Below, one piece after another: positions 8,511 to 17,000 of a stretch of 20,000 nucleotides of DNA. The stretch comes from an uncultured virus (IMG/VR IMGVR_UViG_3300037067_015069) (taxonomy: Duplodnaviria > Heunggongvirae > Uroviricota > Caudoviricetes): positions 52,981-72,980 of IMG/VR virus record IMGVR_UViG_3300037067_015069. One strand, written 5' to 3'. Position numbers and translations under genes: made by a program. How positions within the stretch are numbered: the first letter of the stretch is position 1; the number at the start of each line of letters is the position of its first letter. The notes beneath the pieces are model-generated. The model did no database searches. It saw nothing but the letters and a program-made list of their open reading frames with translations, and was not told the DNA's origin.

Positions 8511-9740
8511 TTAGTTTATAAGCTCATAGGTACTAATTCTACCCGAGAAGAAAGGATCTACAACAGTTTCTAGGTTTAGAGACTCAAGCATCTTGACGTC
8601 ATTAGTTTGTTCTGCTACTTCTTCATCTGTCATGGAAGCCAAAGCCTCTGCCTGTTCCACAGTTAATGGGATAGCATGCCTCAAGAATATAGGCAAAGGT
8701 ACGTCTATATGCCATTCTGTACTCAAAGTCAAAGATAATGTTGAGTTGTAAAAATAATCGTCTCCATTTTCATCGTACGTTTCTTCACTTTCCCCACCCA
8801 TAGAAAGCTCCGTCATTTCTATCCCTTCTGTAGAAAGATAAGAACGAAGAATACCCCAAAGATAGGTAACAGTAAAATCAGTTATCTCCCGCTCTGCATG
8901 TATATCTCTAGCAATGATATCCAAATCAAAACCAATTTCCCAACGACCACCGTACTCTAATGCAGAAGGTTGCCTAATCCCCTGAACCACTACCGCCATA
9001 CGGTCATTAGCTTCATTTCTTCTGCCGAAAGCTAACACGGTACCAGGGATTGCGGTATTGTCTGCCCTACCTGGAGTAAACTTGAAAGGTCCAGTAGAGG
9101 TACCGGCATATCTATAATCTGCAACTATATACCGGCCTCCTGTTAGGGGTTGGGTCAATACTACTTCCCCAGTAGGGACTCCTTGGGGATCTACTGTCAA
9201 AGTATAGTTAGTACCTTCGAATAGCATATAGCAGGCAGGCATTTCGTAAACTCTTAGGGAACCTGTGTGAGGCTGATGCACTAGCTGACCGGTGCTATTA
9301 CTAGTTAATTGAACGATCTCTTGAAAGGCATCCAATAATGGATCAACATAAAAATACTCGGCAGGGCCTTCAGGATCATTCTTATTAGGATCTGTAGTTA
9401 TCTCTATAAAATAGACTCCTGCAGGAGAAGGAAACCTCCCACCGTTATTTTGAATAGCTACAGAGTCTTCCCTAACCCATTCTATAGCTTGACCAGGATA
9501 GTTCTTGACCTTATTTAGATACACATAGCTTTCTATCACCCCCAAATAATTATCTGGGGATAAATCCACACGGTTTCCAGAACTAGGCTTTACAATAATC
9601 CCATAGCTTGGTCTTTCTTTAAAAGAATATTTACCCTGGATGTTTGGGACTATTTTCTTATAACGAGGATGGGAAGCCCAATATCGACGCAGCTCTAGAA
9701 TTAATCTGTTTGTCAAAGACTCTGTTAGCATAAAATACAT
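8511..9740 (-). CDS. putative tail-completion/tail-terminator structural protein
   Basis: 409-aa ORF just upstream of the sheath. It has a central beta-rich insert (GTNYTLTVD..TGEVVLTQPL...IVADYRY) and a C-terminal FDLDIIARD...EITD...LSLTLSTEW segment resembling tail terminator folds. Assignment rests largely on synteny. Confidence 0.5.
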   Translation of the reverse strand: MYFMLTESLTNRLILELRRYWASHPRYKKIVPNIQGKYSFKERPSYGIIVKPSSGNRVDLSPDNYLGVIESYVYLNKVKNYPGQAIEWVREDSVAIQNNGGRFPSPAGVYFIEITTDPNKNDPEGPAEYFYVDPLLDAFQEIVQLTSNSTGQLVHQPHTGSLRVYEMPACYMLFEGTNYTLTVDPQGVPTGEVVLTQPLTGGRYIVADYRYAGTSTGPFKFTPGRADNTAIPGTVLAFGRRNEANDRMAVVVQGIRQPSALEYGGRWEIGFDLDIIARDIHAEREITDFTVTYLWGILRSYLSTEGIEMTELSMGGESEETYDENGDDYFYNSTLSLTLSTEWHIDVPLPIFLRHAIPLTVEQAEALASMTDEEVAEQTNDVKMLESLNLETVVDPFFSGRISTYELIN

Positions 9741-9744
9741 ATGA

Positions 9745-9954
9745 TCAGGCTCCTGAAACTACTCGCCCAGAAACAAAATAAGTATGAGGATCTAATTTTG
9801 TAAGGTATTCCTCATGAAAAGATTCAGGATCAAGTTTGTAGGTTTGGCTTTTGAAATCATACTCCCCATTTTTATTTACAAAATGAGTTTCTACGCTTAC
9901 AAAAACAGCCTTGACCTTTTCCAAGTTACTTACCTCGTTTTTTTGCAACTCCAA
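9745..9954 (-). CDS. hypothetical protein (69 aa)
   Basis: Fills the gap between operon genes and ends 4 nt before the next ATG. The TTG start is uncertain. Confidence 0.5.
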   Translation of the reverse strand: MELQKNEVSNLEKVKAVFVSVETHFVNKNGEYDFKSQTYKLDPESFHEEYLTKLDPHTYFVSGRVVSGA

Positions 9955-10300
9955 ACTCTTTAAGTTTTTCAGACAAAGCCTTATCTACCGCTTTATCTAT
10001 CAGGATGGGGAGATCCTTCCTTAAAGCTTCCAATTGTTGTTGGATCACAGTAGCCAAATCTGGAGGGGGAGGATTAAGTGCGGTTGCATTTTTTACAGGA
10101 ATGGTTTGAACTATAGGCTTTGTCTCAGTTCTCTTCAAGTACTCAACTTTCACCGCTCCAATTTGTTTTAAGTGTTCTAAATCCATTGATTTTTTTGCAG
10201 TGTGCTCATCCAATACTAAAATTTCCCCTTGAGACATTGTTTTATTCAAATCAGAAATTCTGATAATCCTACAATTACACGTCACCCGAACTTCGATCAC
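9926..10300 (-). CDS. hypothetical protein (124 aa)
   Basis: GTG start overlaps the TGA stop of the upstream gene, consistent with translational coupling. Confidence 0.7.
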   Translation of the reverse strand: MIEVRVTCNCRIIRISDLNKTMSQGEILVLDEHTAKKSMDLEHLKQIGAVKVEYLKRTETKPIVQTIPVKNATALNPPPPDLATVIQQQLEALRKDLPILIDKAVDKALSEKLKEFGVAKKRGK

Positions 10301-10896
10301 TTCTGATCTCCTTTCATCGCCTTAGCCATCTCTGCCGCAATGATCCGAGCGCACATTTTTCTTCCTTTTCGGATTGCATTTTCTAAAAAAGTAAATCTTG
10401 CAATACCAGGATGAACCCAAGCATCTTTCAATTTAAGGGGTGCCATCCTGAAAATAACCTCACCTGCCTTAGTTTTTATAGGAACAATAAGAGGCTTTCT
10501 TTTACCATTAGAAATTCTTCCGTTTCTCCTCATCCGTAATCTTTTTTCAGTATCTGTTAAATGATACCGCAAAGGTTGCTTATCCTTAGCCTCTTGGGTT
10601 AGCCAAGGCATCTCCCTACTTGGAATATCTCCTTTAGCTAATTCTTTCATCCCATAAAAAGACGAGAGTATCTCTAAATCAGAACCCACAACCCGATAGG
10701 AAAAGGATCTCCAGATTGGAGGTCCCCCCATGGGATCCTTTCCGGACCAACCTCTTTTTTCGAAGTAATTTTGGGATTCCCCCCTAAGCAACCCCACCAA
10801 GCAAGACCCTAACTTTCTCAGGACTCTCTTATCCAAAGCCACATCTGCTAACTTAGCAAACGGATCTCCTTTAACCCCACGTACTTTAACCGCCAT
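10297..10896 (-). CDS. basic protein, putative neck/tail-completion (HK97 gp10-like) component
   Basis: Very Lys/Arg-rich, with a C-terminal WVHPGIARFTFLENAI segment like the HPG..P..F motif of neck-1/gp10-like proteins. Lies between the head-closure-like and terminator-like genes. Confidence 0.5.
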   Translation of the reverse strand: MAVKVRGVKGDPFAKLADVALDKRVLRKLGSCLVGLLRGESQNYFEKRGWSGKDPMGGPPIWRSFSYRVVGSDLEILSSFYGMKELAKGDIPSREMPWLTQEAKDKQPLRYHLTDTEKRLRMRRNGRISNGKRKPLIVPIKTKAGEVIFRMAPLKLKDAWVHPGIARFTFLENAIRKGRKMCARIIAAEMAKAMKGDQK

Positions 10897-10900
10897 CAAC

Positions 10901-12325
10901 TCACCATTCTATGTTAGCCCAAGCAGGGGTACGCCCTCGGGGCTGTTTCTCTGCAGGAACATCTGTCTCATTAGATTCCATAGGTATCTGAGAATCCGCA
11001 CCTTCAGGGTAAGGATCACTAATTGGAGCTTCTCCATTATTATAAGGAGGTGCAATAGGCAGATCCCCATTGACGGGAAGATTTGGATAATAAGGTTTGC
11101 TGTATCTAGTTTGCGGCCAGGTATAACTATCGGTACCATCAATAGGTACCTGGTATCTAATATCTTGCTCATCTAAAGCTGAGATATTAAAATGTTGTTG
11201 TAACAAATTCCCTCTATTTGAAGGTCTTCTTACAGGACCTATGCTATAACGCTCATTCGTTTGCTTGACTACTAAATCTCTTTGGGTTACTACCGGGGAG
11301 GGTCCTGTCCAAACTTCATAGGTATGCTCCACCCGCCTACCCCAAGGCCCCTGAGAGTGTCTCCTCTCAGCATCATCTGGAGCCAGGATCACATCATAAG
11401 GACCCTCATAGCCGCCAACATAGCCACTTCCAAAACAGGTTAAACACATTTGTGAAGGCTGCCCACTATATTCTATAGAATGCTCATCCAGCCTGCAGGT
11501 ACAGGGGATTCCAGCTTGCTTACGAATAAACAGCTTGACTCGTTCCCCACCTTGCTGTAAAATCCAATAGTTTCTTCTGACTGCTTCCCTCCAAATGTAA
11601 TCCATAGTCTCTACATTAATAGTAGACAGTGGGGGGCAGTACGTTAAAGGGGATTCCCTATATCCGCTTGGGGTAGATGGGTCTAGCACTACTGTGGATA
11701 GCCGATAGAAAAGATGCCCATACTTTTCAGAACGAACATAGTTTCTATTAGCATAATAAGAAACTTCTACTAAAATATTTGAATTAGGTAGTAGGGCATC
11801 ATCCCATTTTTCTATCGCCAAATCAAATTCAGGCTGGTTTACTAAAGTAATTTCCCCAGAAGACCCAAAAACACTTTCTACTGCAGTCTCCACTCCATTT
11901 ATATATACAGTTATATCTGAAGGGGCATCCGCATAGATCGGTTGGCTGTTAGAACTTTGGGCATCTTTCTTAACGATGGAGTGTGTGACTCTAAAAACCC
12001 AACGTCTATTATTGGAGGCACTCCCTTTGGAAAGCCAAGCGACATTCCAATCTACGGGTTCTTTAGAGATATAAACATTTTCTGTAGAGTCTCGATAAAA
12101 AGACCCCCCTATTGGAAACTCATTGATTCTAACATAGGGTCCTCGATCAGAGACATCTGATCGATAAATGTTCACGCCTATTATCGTAAACTTAGTGTTA
12201 CCCGATAAAATCGAGGGGTCATCCCATCGGATATCGAGCTTTCCTTTTTGGAAGGTACTGACGACTTGCCCGTTAATTGGGGCTAGGGGCTGGTCTATTG
12301 AGGATGGGTCCCAACCGTAGCTCAC
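10901..12325 (-). CDS. putative head-closure/neck protein with FN3-like N-terminus and Cys cluster
   Basis: LDIRWDDP...GVNIYRS...GPYVRIN is FN3-like. CTC...CLTCFGSGYVGGY is a likely Zn site. C-terminal WTGPSPVVTQRDLVV...NERYSI is head-closure-like. Operon context supports a structural role. Confidence 0.55.
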   Translation of the reverse strand: MSYGWDPSSIDQPLAPINGQVVSTFQKGKLDIRWDDPSILSGNTKFTIIGVNIYRSDVSDRGPYVRINEFPIGGSFYRDSTENVYISKEPVDWNVAWLSKGSASNNRRWVFRVTHSIVKKDAQSSNSQPIYADAPSDITVYINGVETAVESVFGSSGEITLVNQPEFDLAIEKWDDALLPNSNILVEVSYYANRNYVRSEKYGHLFYRLSTVVLDPSTPSGYRESPLTYCPPLSTINVETMDYIWREAVRRNYWILQQGGERVKLFIRKQAGIPCTCRLDEHSIEYSGQPSQMCLTCFGSGYVGGYEGPYDVILAPDDAERRHSQGPWGRRVEHTYEVWTGPSPVVTQRDLVVKQTNERYSIGPVRRPSNRGNLLQQHFNISALDEQDIRYQVPIDGTDSYTWPQTRYSKPYYPNLPVNGDLPIAPPYNNGEAPISDPYPEGADSQIPMESNETDVPAEKQPRGRTPAWANIEW

Positions 12326-12332
12326 TAAAATA

Positions 12333-12656
12333 TCACCCCTGCGGGGGACGGATTACCTTTACCTTCCCATCCGCTAATAGAGTCCATTGCTGACCTTCAA
12401 CAATGCCTAAACGCTTACTCGCCTGATCTACCACACTCTGAGCCTGCTGTTCCAAGGCTTCGATTTGAGAAATCATATGAAGTTTACGAAGTTCCATATT
12501 CCCCAAATCAAACACTAGCTGCCGAGAACGCTGACGCAAAGAATTAAGAGCTGCCACTTCCGTGGGTTCCAAAGAACCAACAACATCTGGATCTACAGTT
12601 TCGGTCTCGATAACGGGAGGTGCGGTCTCTTCCATCTGGGTTTGTACATCTGACAT
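12333..12656 (-). CDS. hypothetical coiled-coil protein (107 aa)
   Basis: ATG at 12656 preceded by GGAGAA. Heptad-like central helix. Confidence 0.7.
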   Translation of the reverse strand: MSDVQTQMEETAPPVIETETVDPDVVGSLEPTEVAALNSLRQRSRQLVFDLGNMELRKLHMISQIEALEQQAQSVVDQASKRLGIVEGQQWTLLADGKVKVIRPPQG

Positions 12657-12695
12657 AGGCTTTTCTCCATTCTTCTTCAAAAGAATCGATCCATA

Positions 12696-12896
12696 CTACC
12701 CAGCATCTTCCTCAGAGTCTAACGCTTTCCCCTGTTTTCGTAGAAATAAAGTAAATTGAGACAACAACCTTCCCAAACGATTTTGCAAAACCAATCTAGT
12801 GGGAGGGGTTATAGTCTGATTATGTTTGGTAAACGACCAGTAAACCGTCCCATCGTTTGCTACATACTCATAAACTCTAGGTTCTGCCGATTTCAC
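12696..12896 (-). CDS. hypothetical protein (66 aa), first gene of the leftward operon
   Basis: GTG at 12896 preceded by GGAG 9 nt upstream. The TTG at 12929 overlaps a TATAAT box and is probably not the start. Confidence 0.6.
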   Translation of the reverse strand: MKSAEPRVYEYVANDGTVYWSFTKHNQTITPPTRLVLQNRLGRLLSQFTLFLRKQGKALDSEEDAG

Positions 12897-12916
12897 TTTT
12901 CGCCACTCCGGCTCCG

Positions 12917-12930
12917 TGGTATTATACAAG
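12917..12930. promoter_or_regulatory. overlapping divergent -10 elements between the structural operon and thyX
   Basis: Plus strand TGG-TATTAT is an extended -10-like element toward thyX. Minus strand TATAAT (12926-12921) points toward the structural operon. No clear -35 on either side. Confidence 0.4.
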
Positions 12931-12965
12931 AGGCACGATATAGGGACACTAGTGGTGAGGACAAA

Positions 12966-13805
12966 ATGCTACCAGATAACCTAAAAAAATTCTCAAAACG
13001 AATCCCAGTCCTTGATCATGGTTACATTATGTTAGTAGATATTATGGGAGATGATGAAGCCGTGGTGCAGGCAGCCCGAGTTTCCTATGCCGAGGAAACC
13101 CAAAAAATTAGAAACACAGAAGGGCTTATTAGATACTTACTAAGCCATAAACACACATCCCCATTTGAACAAGCTAGAATCAAATTAGAAGTAAAACTAC
13201 CCATATTTGTTGAACGACAGTGGGTAAGACACAGGATGGCCTCCCTTAATGAAGTTTCTGCACGATACAGTGTGTTGCCAGAAGAGTTTTACTCCCCGGA
13301 CCAAAATAACGTAAGAGAGCAAAGTAAAAAAAATAAACAAGGAGTAGGAGATATACTCTCTGATGAGGTCTCCTCAGAATACTTACAAACCCTACAACAA
13401 ACAAATACAGAAGCTTACGCGGGTTATAGAAAAGCCTTGGAGGCGGGAATCTCTAGGGAGCAAGCTAGGCTAATGCTGCCTGTAAACACGTACACGGCTA
13501 AAGTTTGGACTCAAGATTTGCACAACCTGATGCATTTTTTGAAGGTTCGTATGGATTCCCATGCCCAATGGGAAATCCAACAATATGCAAAAGCCATTGC
13601 AAAGATTTTAAAAGAATGGGTTCCGATTACCTGGACTGCTTTTGAAGATTATGAGCTTCAAGCCCTAAAATTCTCCAGAATGGAATTACTGGGCCTAGCG
13701 AAACTCCTGAAAGGAGCTTCCTTGGAGGAAGGGATCTTGGCTTCAGGTTTGGCAGGAAGAGAAGCAGAAGAATTCAAACAAAAAATTTACCGAGCTGAGG
13801 TATAA
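12966..13805 (+). CDS. thyX: flavin-dependent thymidylate synthase
   Basis: ThyX motif RHRMASLNEVSARY, plus QAARVSY, HTSPFEQ, REQAR..LP and DSHAQWEI. ATG at 12966 follows a GTGAGG SD. Confidence 0.97.
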   Translation: MLPDNLKKFSKRIPVLDHGYIMLVDIMGDDEAVVQAARVSYAEETQKIRNTEGLIRYLLSHKHTSPFEQARIKLEVKLPIFVERQWVRHRMASLNEVSARYSVLPEEFYSPDQNNVREQSKKNKQGVGDILSDEVSSEYLQTLQQTNTEAYAGYRKALEAGISREQARLMLPVNTYTAKVWTQDLHNLMHFLKVRMDSHAQWEIQQYAKAIAKILKEWVPITWTAFEDYELQALKFSRMELLGLAKLLKGASLEEGILASGLAGREAEEFKQKIYRAEV

Positions 13806-14632
13806 CGCCCTACTTGAGATCCAACCTCTCCTGAAATTCTATTTACATTAAAAGTAAGAAACCCCAGAATTAAACTCTCTACTGAACATTCCTGCAGGAA
13901 AGCTAAGGCTTCTAGTGCAGAGTGTAGCCTCTCAGACATATCAATAGATACTGTCTTGGTCTTCAGGGTCTCTAACACTTCTTGGACTACTTTTTCTGAA
14001 GCGGGTGTTTCCCATAACCCGGGTAAGGCATCTATAGCGATACCCAAATCCTCTACTGGATCAGGCGTAACCTCTTGTAGATTTTGAATGAGATCTTCCA
14101 CCAAATCCATAGTCAACTCTTTCTTAACTTTGCTCTCCAGCCGATACTCTTTTACAGAAGATCCCCGATCTCCTGTAGCTTTACGACTAACTACAGACTC
14201 CATAGCACCAATCATTGATCGAATCGTAGTTTCAGACAAACCACAAAGATCGGAAATCCCTTTAACACTAACCCAAGAGTCTGCCGTTCGTAAAGCTGCT
14301 AAGATAACCTCAGACTGATAATGGTCAGAATCTCTAAACCAATCTGTGTACAAAAACGCCACTTCTGATAAAGATTGAGCTAAAGTCTTTCCTTTGATCG
14401 TTAACCCATAAAGCTGTTCTGTAATAGAAGCCTCATGAGCCAGCCCTGCATCGATCAATCTCTGCACGGAATTCCACACAAAATTTTCTGTCCTATGTAG
14501 GTTCTTCCAATCCAAATAACGACAAATTTTTGTAAGATCGACAGTTTCCGCCTTTTCTGTTATAAGGTTATCGTGTAGGGCTCCCAAAATTTGGTAAGTC
14601 CAGCCATTCATGATGGTTGAAGAAGTTGCCAT
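13787..14632 (-). CDS. putative transcriptional regulator (two winged-HTH-like segments plus C-terminal RHH)
   Basis: VQRLIDAGL...YGLTIKGK wHTH wing, WVSVKGISDLCGLSETTIRSMI HTH, and KTVSIDMSERLHSALEALA RHH-like segment. SD AAGGAG upstream. Confidence 0.6.
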   Translation of the reverse strand: MATSSTIMNGWTYQILGALHDNLITEKAETVDLTKICRYLDWKNLHRTENFVWNSVQRLIDAGLAHEASITEQLYGLTIKGKTLAQSLSEVAFLYTDWFRDSDHYQSEVILAALRTADSWVSVKGISDLCGLSETTIRSMIGAMESVVSRKATGDRGSSVKEYRLESKVKKELTMDLVEDLIQNLQEVTPDPVEDLGIAIDALPGLWETPASEKVVQEVLETLKTKTVSIDMSERLHSALEALAFLQECSVESLILGFLTFNVNRISGEVGSQVGRYTSAR

Positions 14633-14721
14633 GCGTTTTTCTCTCCTTGTAGCACCTGCTTTCTCCTACCCCCATCCAAAGAGGTTTGAGGAGAAAATCC
14701 TTTTGTCGGGTATTATTTTGC

Positions 14722-15060
14722 ATGTGGTGGGTATATGTCATACAATCTTTGATCATCCGTCCTGGAAATAAACCAGGATTTTATTATGTGGGATGCACTA
14801 CTGATCCCGCCAGACGACTACTAGAACACAATGGCATCAAACGGGGTGGCGGGAAATATACCGAAAAACACAGACCCTGGGGACCAAGAGCCCTATGGGG
14901 TCCCTACCCAGACAGATCCTCTGCACAGAAAGCAGAATACACTTTAAAACACAGCAAAAAAGGTATTAACAGAACCAAATGGACTAGCCAAGATTCTGCT
15001 TGGTGTGTGGGCCTAGGTCCTAGTCACCCTTGGGTGTCTGACTCATCCTGGAAAGCGTAG
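14722..15060 (+). CDS. GIY-YIG nuclease, SLX1/UPF0213-like
   Basis: WWVYVIQS...YYVGCTTDPARRLLEHNG...GGKYT..HRPW...AQKAEY.LK. Confidence 0.88.
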   Translation: MWWVYVIQSLIIRPGNKPGFYYVGCTTDPARRLLEHNGIKRGGGKYTEKHRPWGPRALWGPYPDRSSAQKAEYTLKHSKKGINRTKWTSQDSAWCVGLGPSHPWVSDSSWKA

Positions 15061-15399
15061 ATGCCCGGAAAACACCTATACCTCATACAAAGCGGCACTG
15101 GATCTTTCAAGATTGGCAGGTCCGATAACCCTAAGAAAAGACTTTCACAACTCCAAACAGGAAACCCAGAACCCCTAAAATTGATCCTGATTCTTGAAAA
15201 CAAAGGTGGTTTAGAACTCTCCCTACATAGAAAACTAGCTCACGGAAAAACTAAAGGTGGGGAAGAGTGGTTTTCTTATGATATGCTACCAGAACTCCCT
15301 AGTTGGATCTATGAACAACTTGACCTTGATTTTGTCAACTTTTGGTGGACCCCAACGGGGATCCCAAAACCTGGCTTAGCTTCAAACCCAGATGGGTAG
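15061..15399 (+). CDS. T5orf172/MUG113-like GIY-YIG-superfamily protein
   Basis: LYLIQ....FKIGRS.NPKKRLSQLQTGNP..L...LE..LH......GEEWF. Confidence 0.88.
   Translation: MPGKHLYLIQSGTGSFKIGRSDNPKKRLSQLQTGNPEPLKLILILENKGGLELSLHRKLAHGKTKGGEEWFSYDMLPELPSWIYEQLDLDFVNFWWTPTGIPKPGLASNPDG
15373..15399 (+). promoter_or_regulatory. GGCTTAG-N16-GTAG motif, copy 1
   Basis: GGCTTAG at 15373-15379 and GTAG at 15396-15399, upstream of the 15430 ORF. Confidence 0.6.
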
Positions 15400-15429
15400 A
15401 TAGGAGGTAACCGAATTTGGAGAAATTAG

Positions 15430-15657
15430 ATGGAACTTTGGCTTTTACAAAGAATGGGTGAGACGGATTGGGATGAAACGGCAGGCTTCGTCATTGCAGC
15501 TTCTTCAGAGATTAAAGCCCGCCAATTTGCAGACTCCCGCGCTTATCGGAAGCGTAGTTTCTGGATTTACCCCGAGTGCGCAACTGCAATCAGAATTGCC
15601 GAAAAATCGATTTACACGAAACCACAAATAATTATCGAAGATTTTAGGGCGGGTTGA
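15430..15657 (+). CDS. small phage hypothetical protein, paralog A
   Basis: 75 aa. Shares M.LWLLQ, AGFVIAASSE..ARQ and I.E.FRAG with the next ORF. Confidence 0.85.
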   Translation: MELWLLQRMGETDWDETAGFVIAASSEIKARQFADSRAYRKRSFWIYPECATAIRIAEKSIYTKPQIIIEDFRAG

Positions 15658-15660
15658 GAA

Positions 15661-15894
15661 ATGAAACTTTGGCTATTGCAAATAATCGGTGAACCCTGGA
15701 GTTGGGCATCCGCAGGGTTTGTTATCGCAGCTTCTTCTGAACAGGAAGCTCGTCAGAAAGCTTCGGAATTGCCGGGCATATGCGTAGAAAACTCTTACTG
15801 GCTTAATCCAAAAAGAACGACTGCTTGCAAAATTGCAGATAATTCTAAATACACAGAACCTACAATAGTTCTAGAAGGTTTTAGGGCGGGTTGA
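15661..15894 (+). CDS. small phage hypothetical protein, paralog B
   Basis: 77 aa tandem paralog of 15430-15657. Confidence 0.85.
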   Translation: MKLWLLQIIGEPWSWASAGFVIAASSEQEARQKASELPGICVENSYWLNPKRTTACKIADNSKYTEPTIVLEGFRAG

Positions 15895-15897
15895 AAA

Positions 15898-16398
15898 ATG
15901 CATCATCTTATTGCAAAAATAGTAAAAACCCTAAAAGAAAAGAATCTTATTCTAACTACTGTGGAAAGTTGTACCGGAGGAGGTCTTGCGAACGAGATCA
16001 CTAATATTCCAGGTGCCAGTGAGGTCTTCCGAGAAGGGTTTGTAACCTATTCCAACTCGGCTAAGATCAGACTTGGGGTTAGCCCAAACATCATCAATAC
16101 CCATACGGTATATTCTACGGCTACCGCCATAGCAATGGCAAAATCAGGACTTTCGGCTACGGAAAACACTGCCCAAATTGGGGTAGGGATTACAGGAGTT
16201 CTCTCCAGAGAAGATCCTGCTAACCCAGAAGGCAGATTAGGAGATGTTTACATTGCTGTTGTAAAGGGGGACTTTACCTATACCAGGTACCTACAGCTTT
16301 CACAACCAAACAGAATTCAAGCTAAAGAACAGGCTATCAGGATAGCTTTAGAAATGATTCTAGATGCATGTGCAGAGGAACCTTCCTATAACAATTAG
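15898..16398 (+). CDS. pncC: CinA C-terminal domain / PncC nicotinamide mononucleotide deamidase
   Basis: TVESCTGG (catalytic Ser motif), PGASEVF..GFVTYSNSAK (conserved Lys), AMA and GITG motifs. Confidence 0.9.
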   Translation: MHHLIAKIVKTLKEKNLILTTVESCTGGGLANEITNIPGASEVFREGFVTYSNSAKIRLGVSPNIINTHTVYSTATAIAMAKSGLSATENTAQIGVGITGVLSREDPANPEGRLGDVYIAVVKGDFTYTRYLQLSQPNRIQAKEQAIRIALEMILDACAEEPSYNN

Positions 16399-16419
16399 CT
16401 GTGAGAAAGGAGAGAGAAA

Positions 16420-16944
16420 ATGCTAGCAGATCTTTGGTCCGGAATAAAGTTTATTATGTGTGTGATTCTACTGCTCTTGGTTTTTGTGTTCCTGCCACTT
16501 AAACTAGTGTGCACCGCAGATAATGCTTCCTACGTAAAGGAACGGGGTCCAGAAGTGTGGCGTTCTGTAGGATTTGAGCCTGTGGGGTACGAAGGGTACA
16601 CTTTTGGTCTTGGAGTTGGTGAGTATGGCGGTGCCAAGGTTTGGTGGACCCTAAAAAAAGTTCCTGACAATGGGCTAACTTACTCCGGGTACCTGCAGCG
16701 TTGGGGCTCTGAAATTCATGTGTATAACCAGAAGCCTATTGAAGGAAATCTGGTTATGGGGACAAAGCCAACCATCACAATCAATAAGACTGAACCGATT
16801 CCCCCAGAGAACACACCCGCGGAAGAACCCATTCCAAATAATGAGACAGAAGGAATTTCTCCTGAAGAAGAAGTCTCCCCAGATGAGGAAGAAGAGTCTG
16901 GGGAGGGACTCGAAACACCCGAAATCTCTGGAACCCCAGCCTGA
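16420..16944 (+). CDS. membrane-anchored hypothetical protein with acidic Pro/Glu-rich C-terminal tail
   Basis: Hydrophobic FIMCVILLLLVFVFLPL segment and a low-complexity E/P-rich last 50 aa. SD AAGGAG. Confidence 0.8.
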   Translation: MLADLWSGIKFIMCVILLLLVFVFLPLKLVCTADNASYVKERGPEVWRSVGFEPVGYEGYTFGLGVGEYGGAKVWWTLKKVPDNGLTYSGYLQRWGSEIHVYNQKPIEGNLVMGTKPTITINKTEPIPPENTPAEEPIPNNETEGISPEEEVSPDEEEESGEGLETPEISGTPA

Positions 16945-16952
16945 TAATAATC

Positions 16953-16979
16953 GGCTTAGTCTCCTCTTTCCTTTGGTAG
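16953..16979 (+). promoter_or_regulatory. GGCTTAG-N16-GTAG motif, copy 2
   Basis: Intergenic. Followed by GGTTCCTGAGAGGAGG and the ATG at 17001. Confidence 0.7.
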
Positions 16980-17000
16980 GGTTCCTGAGAGGAGGCTAAA

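Noticed and set aside
2570..12325. Extracellular contractile injection system, tailocin or T6SS locus in a bacterial chromosome
   Set aside because: Neck/head-closure-like genes, thyX, a tRNA and dense small hypothetical ORFs fit a large phage genome better. No T6SS or eCIS accessory genes were recognised.
12756..12965. 70-aa N-terminal extension of ThyX in the ORF track
   Set aside because: It overlaps the opposite-strand 12696-12896 gene. ThyX similarity begins at the ATG at 12966, which has a good SD.
14686..16944. Six consecutive plus-strand ORFs all in the same reading frame, suggesting stop-codon recoding or a polyprotein
   Set aside because: The stops are a mix of TAG and TGA, two junctions contain a second in-frame stop, and two junctions are explained by the tandem duplication. 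Long genes elsewhere are intact under the standard code.
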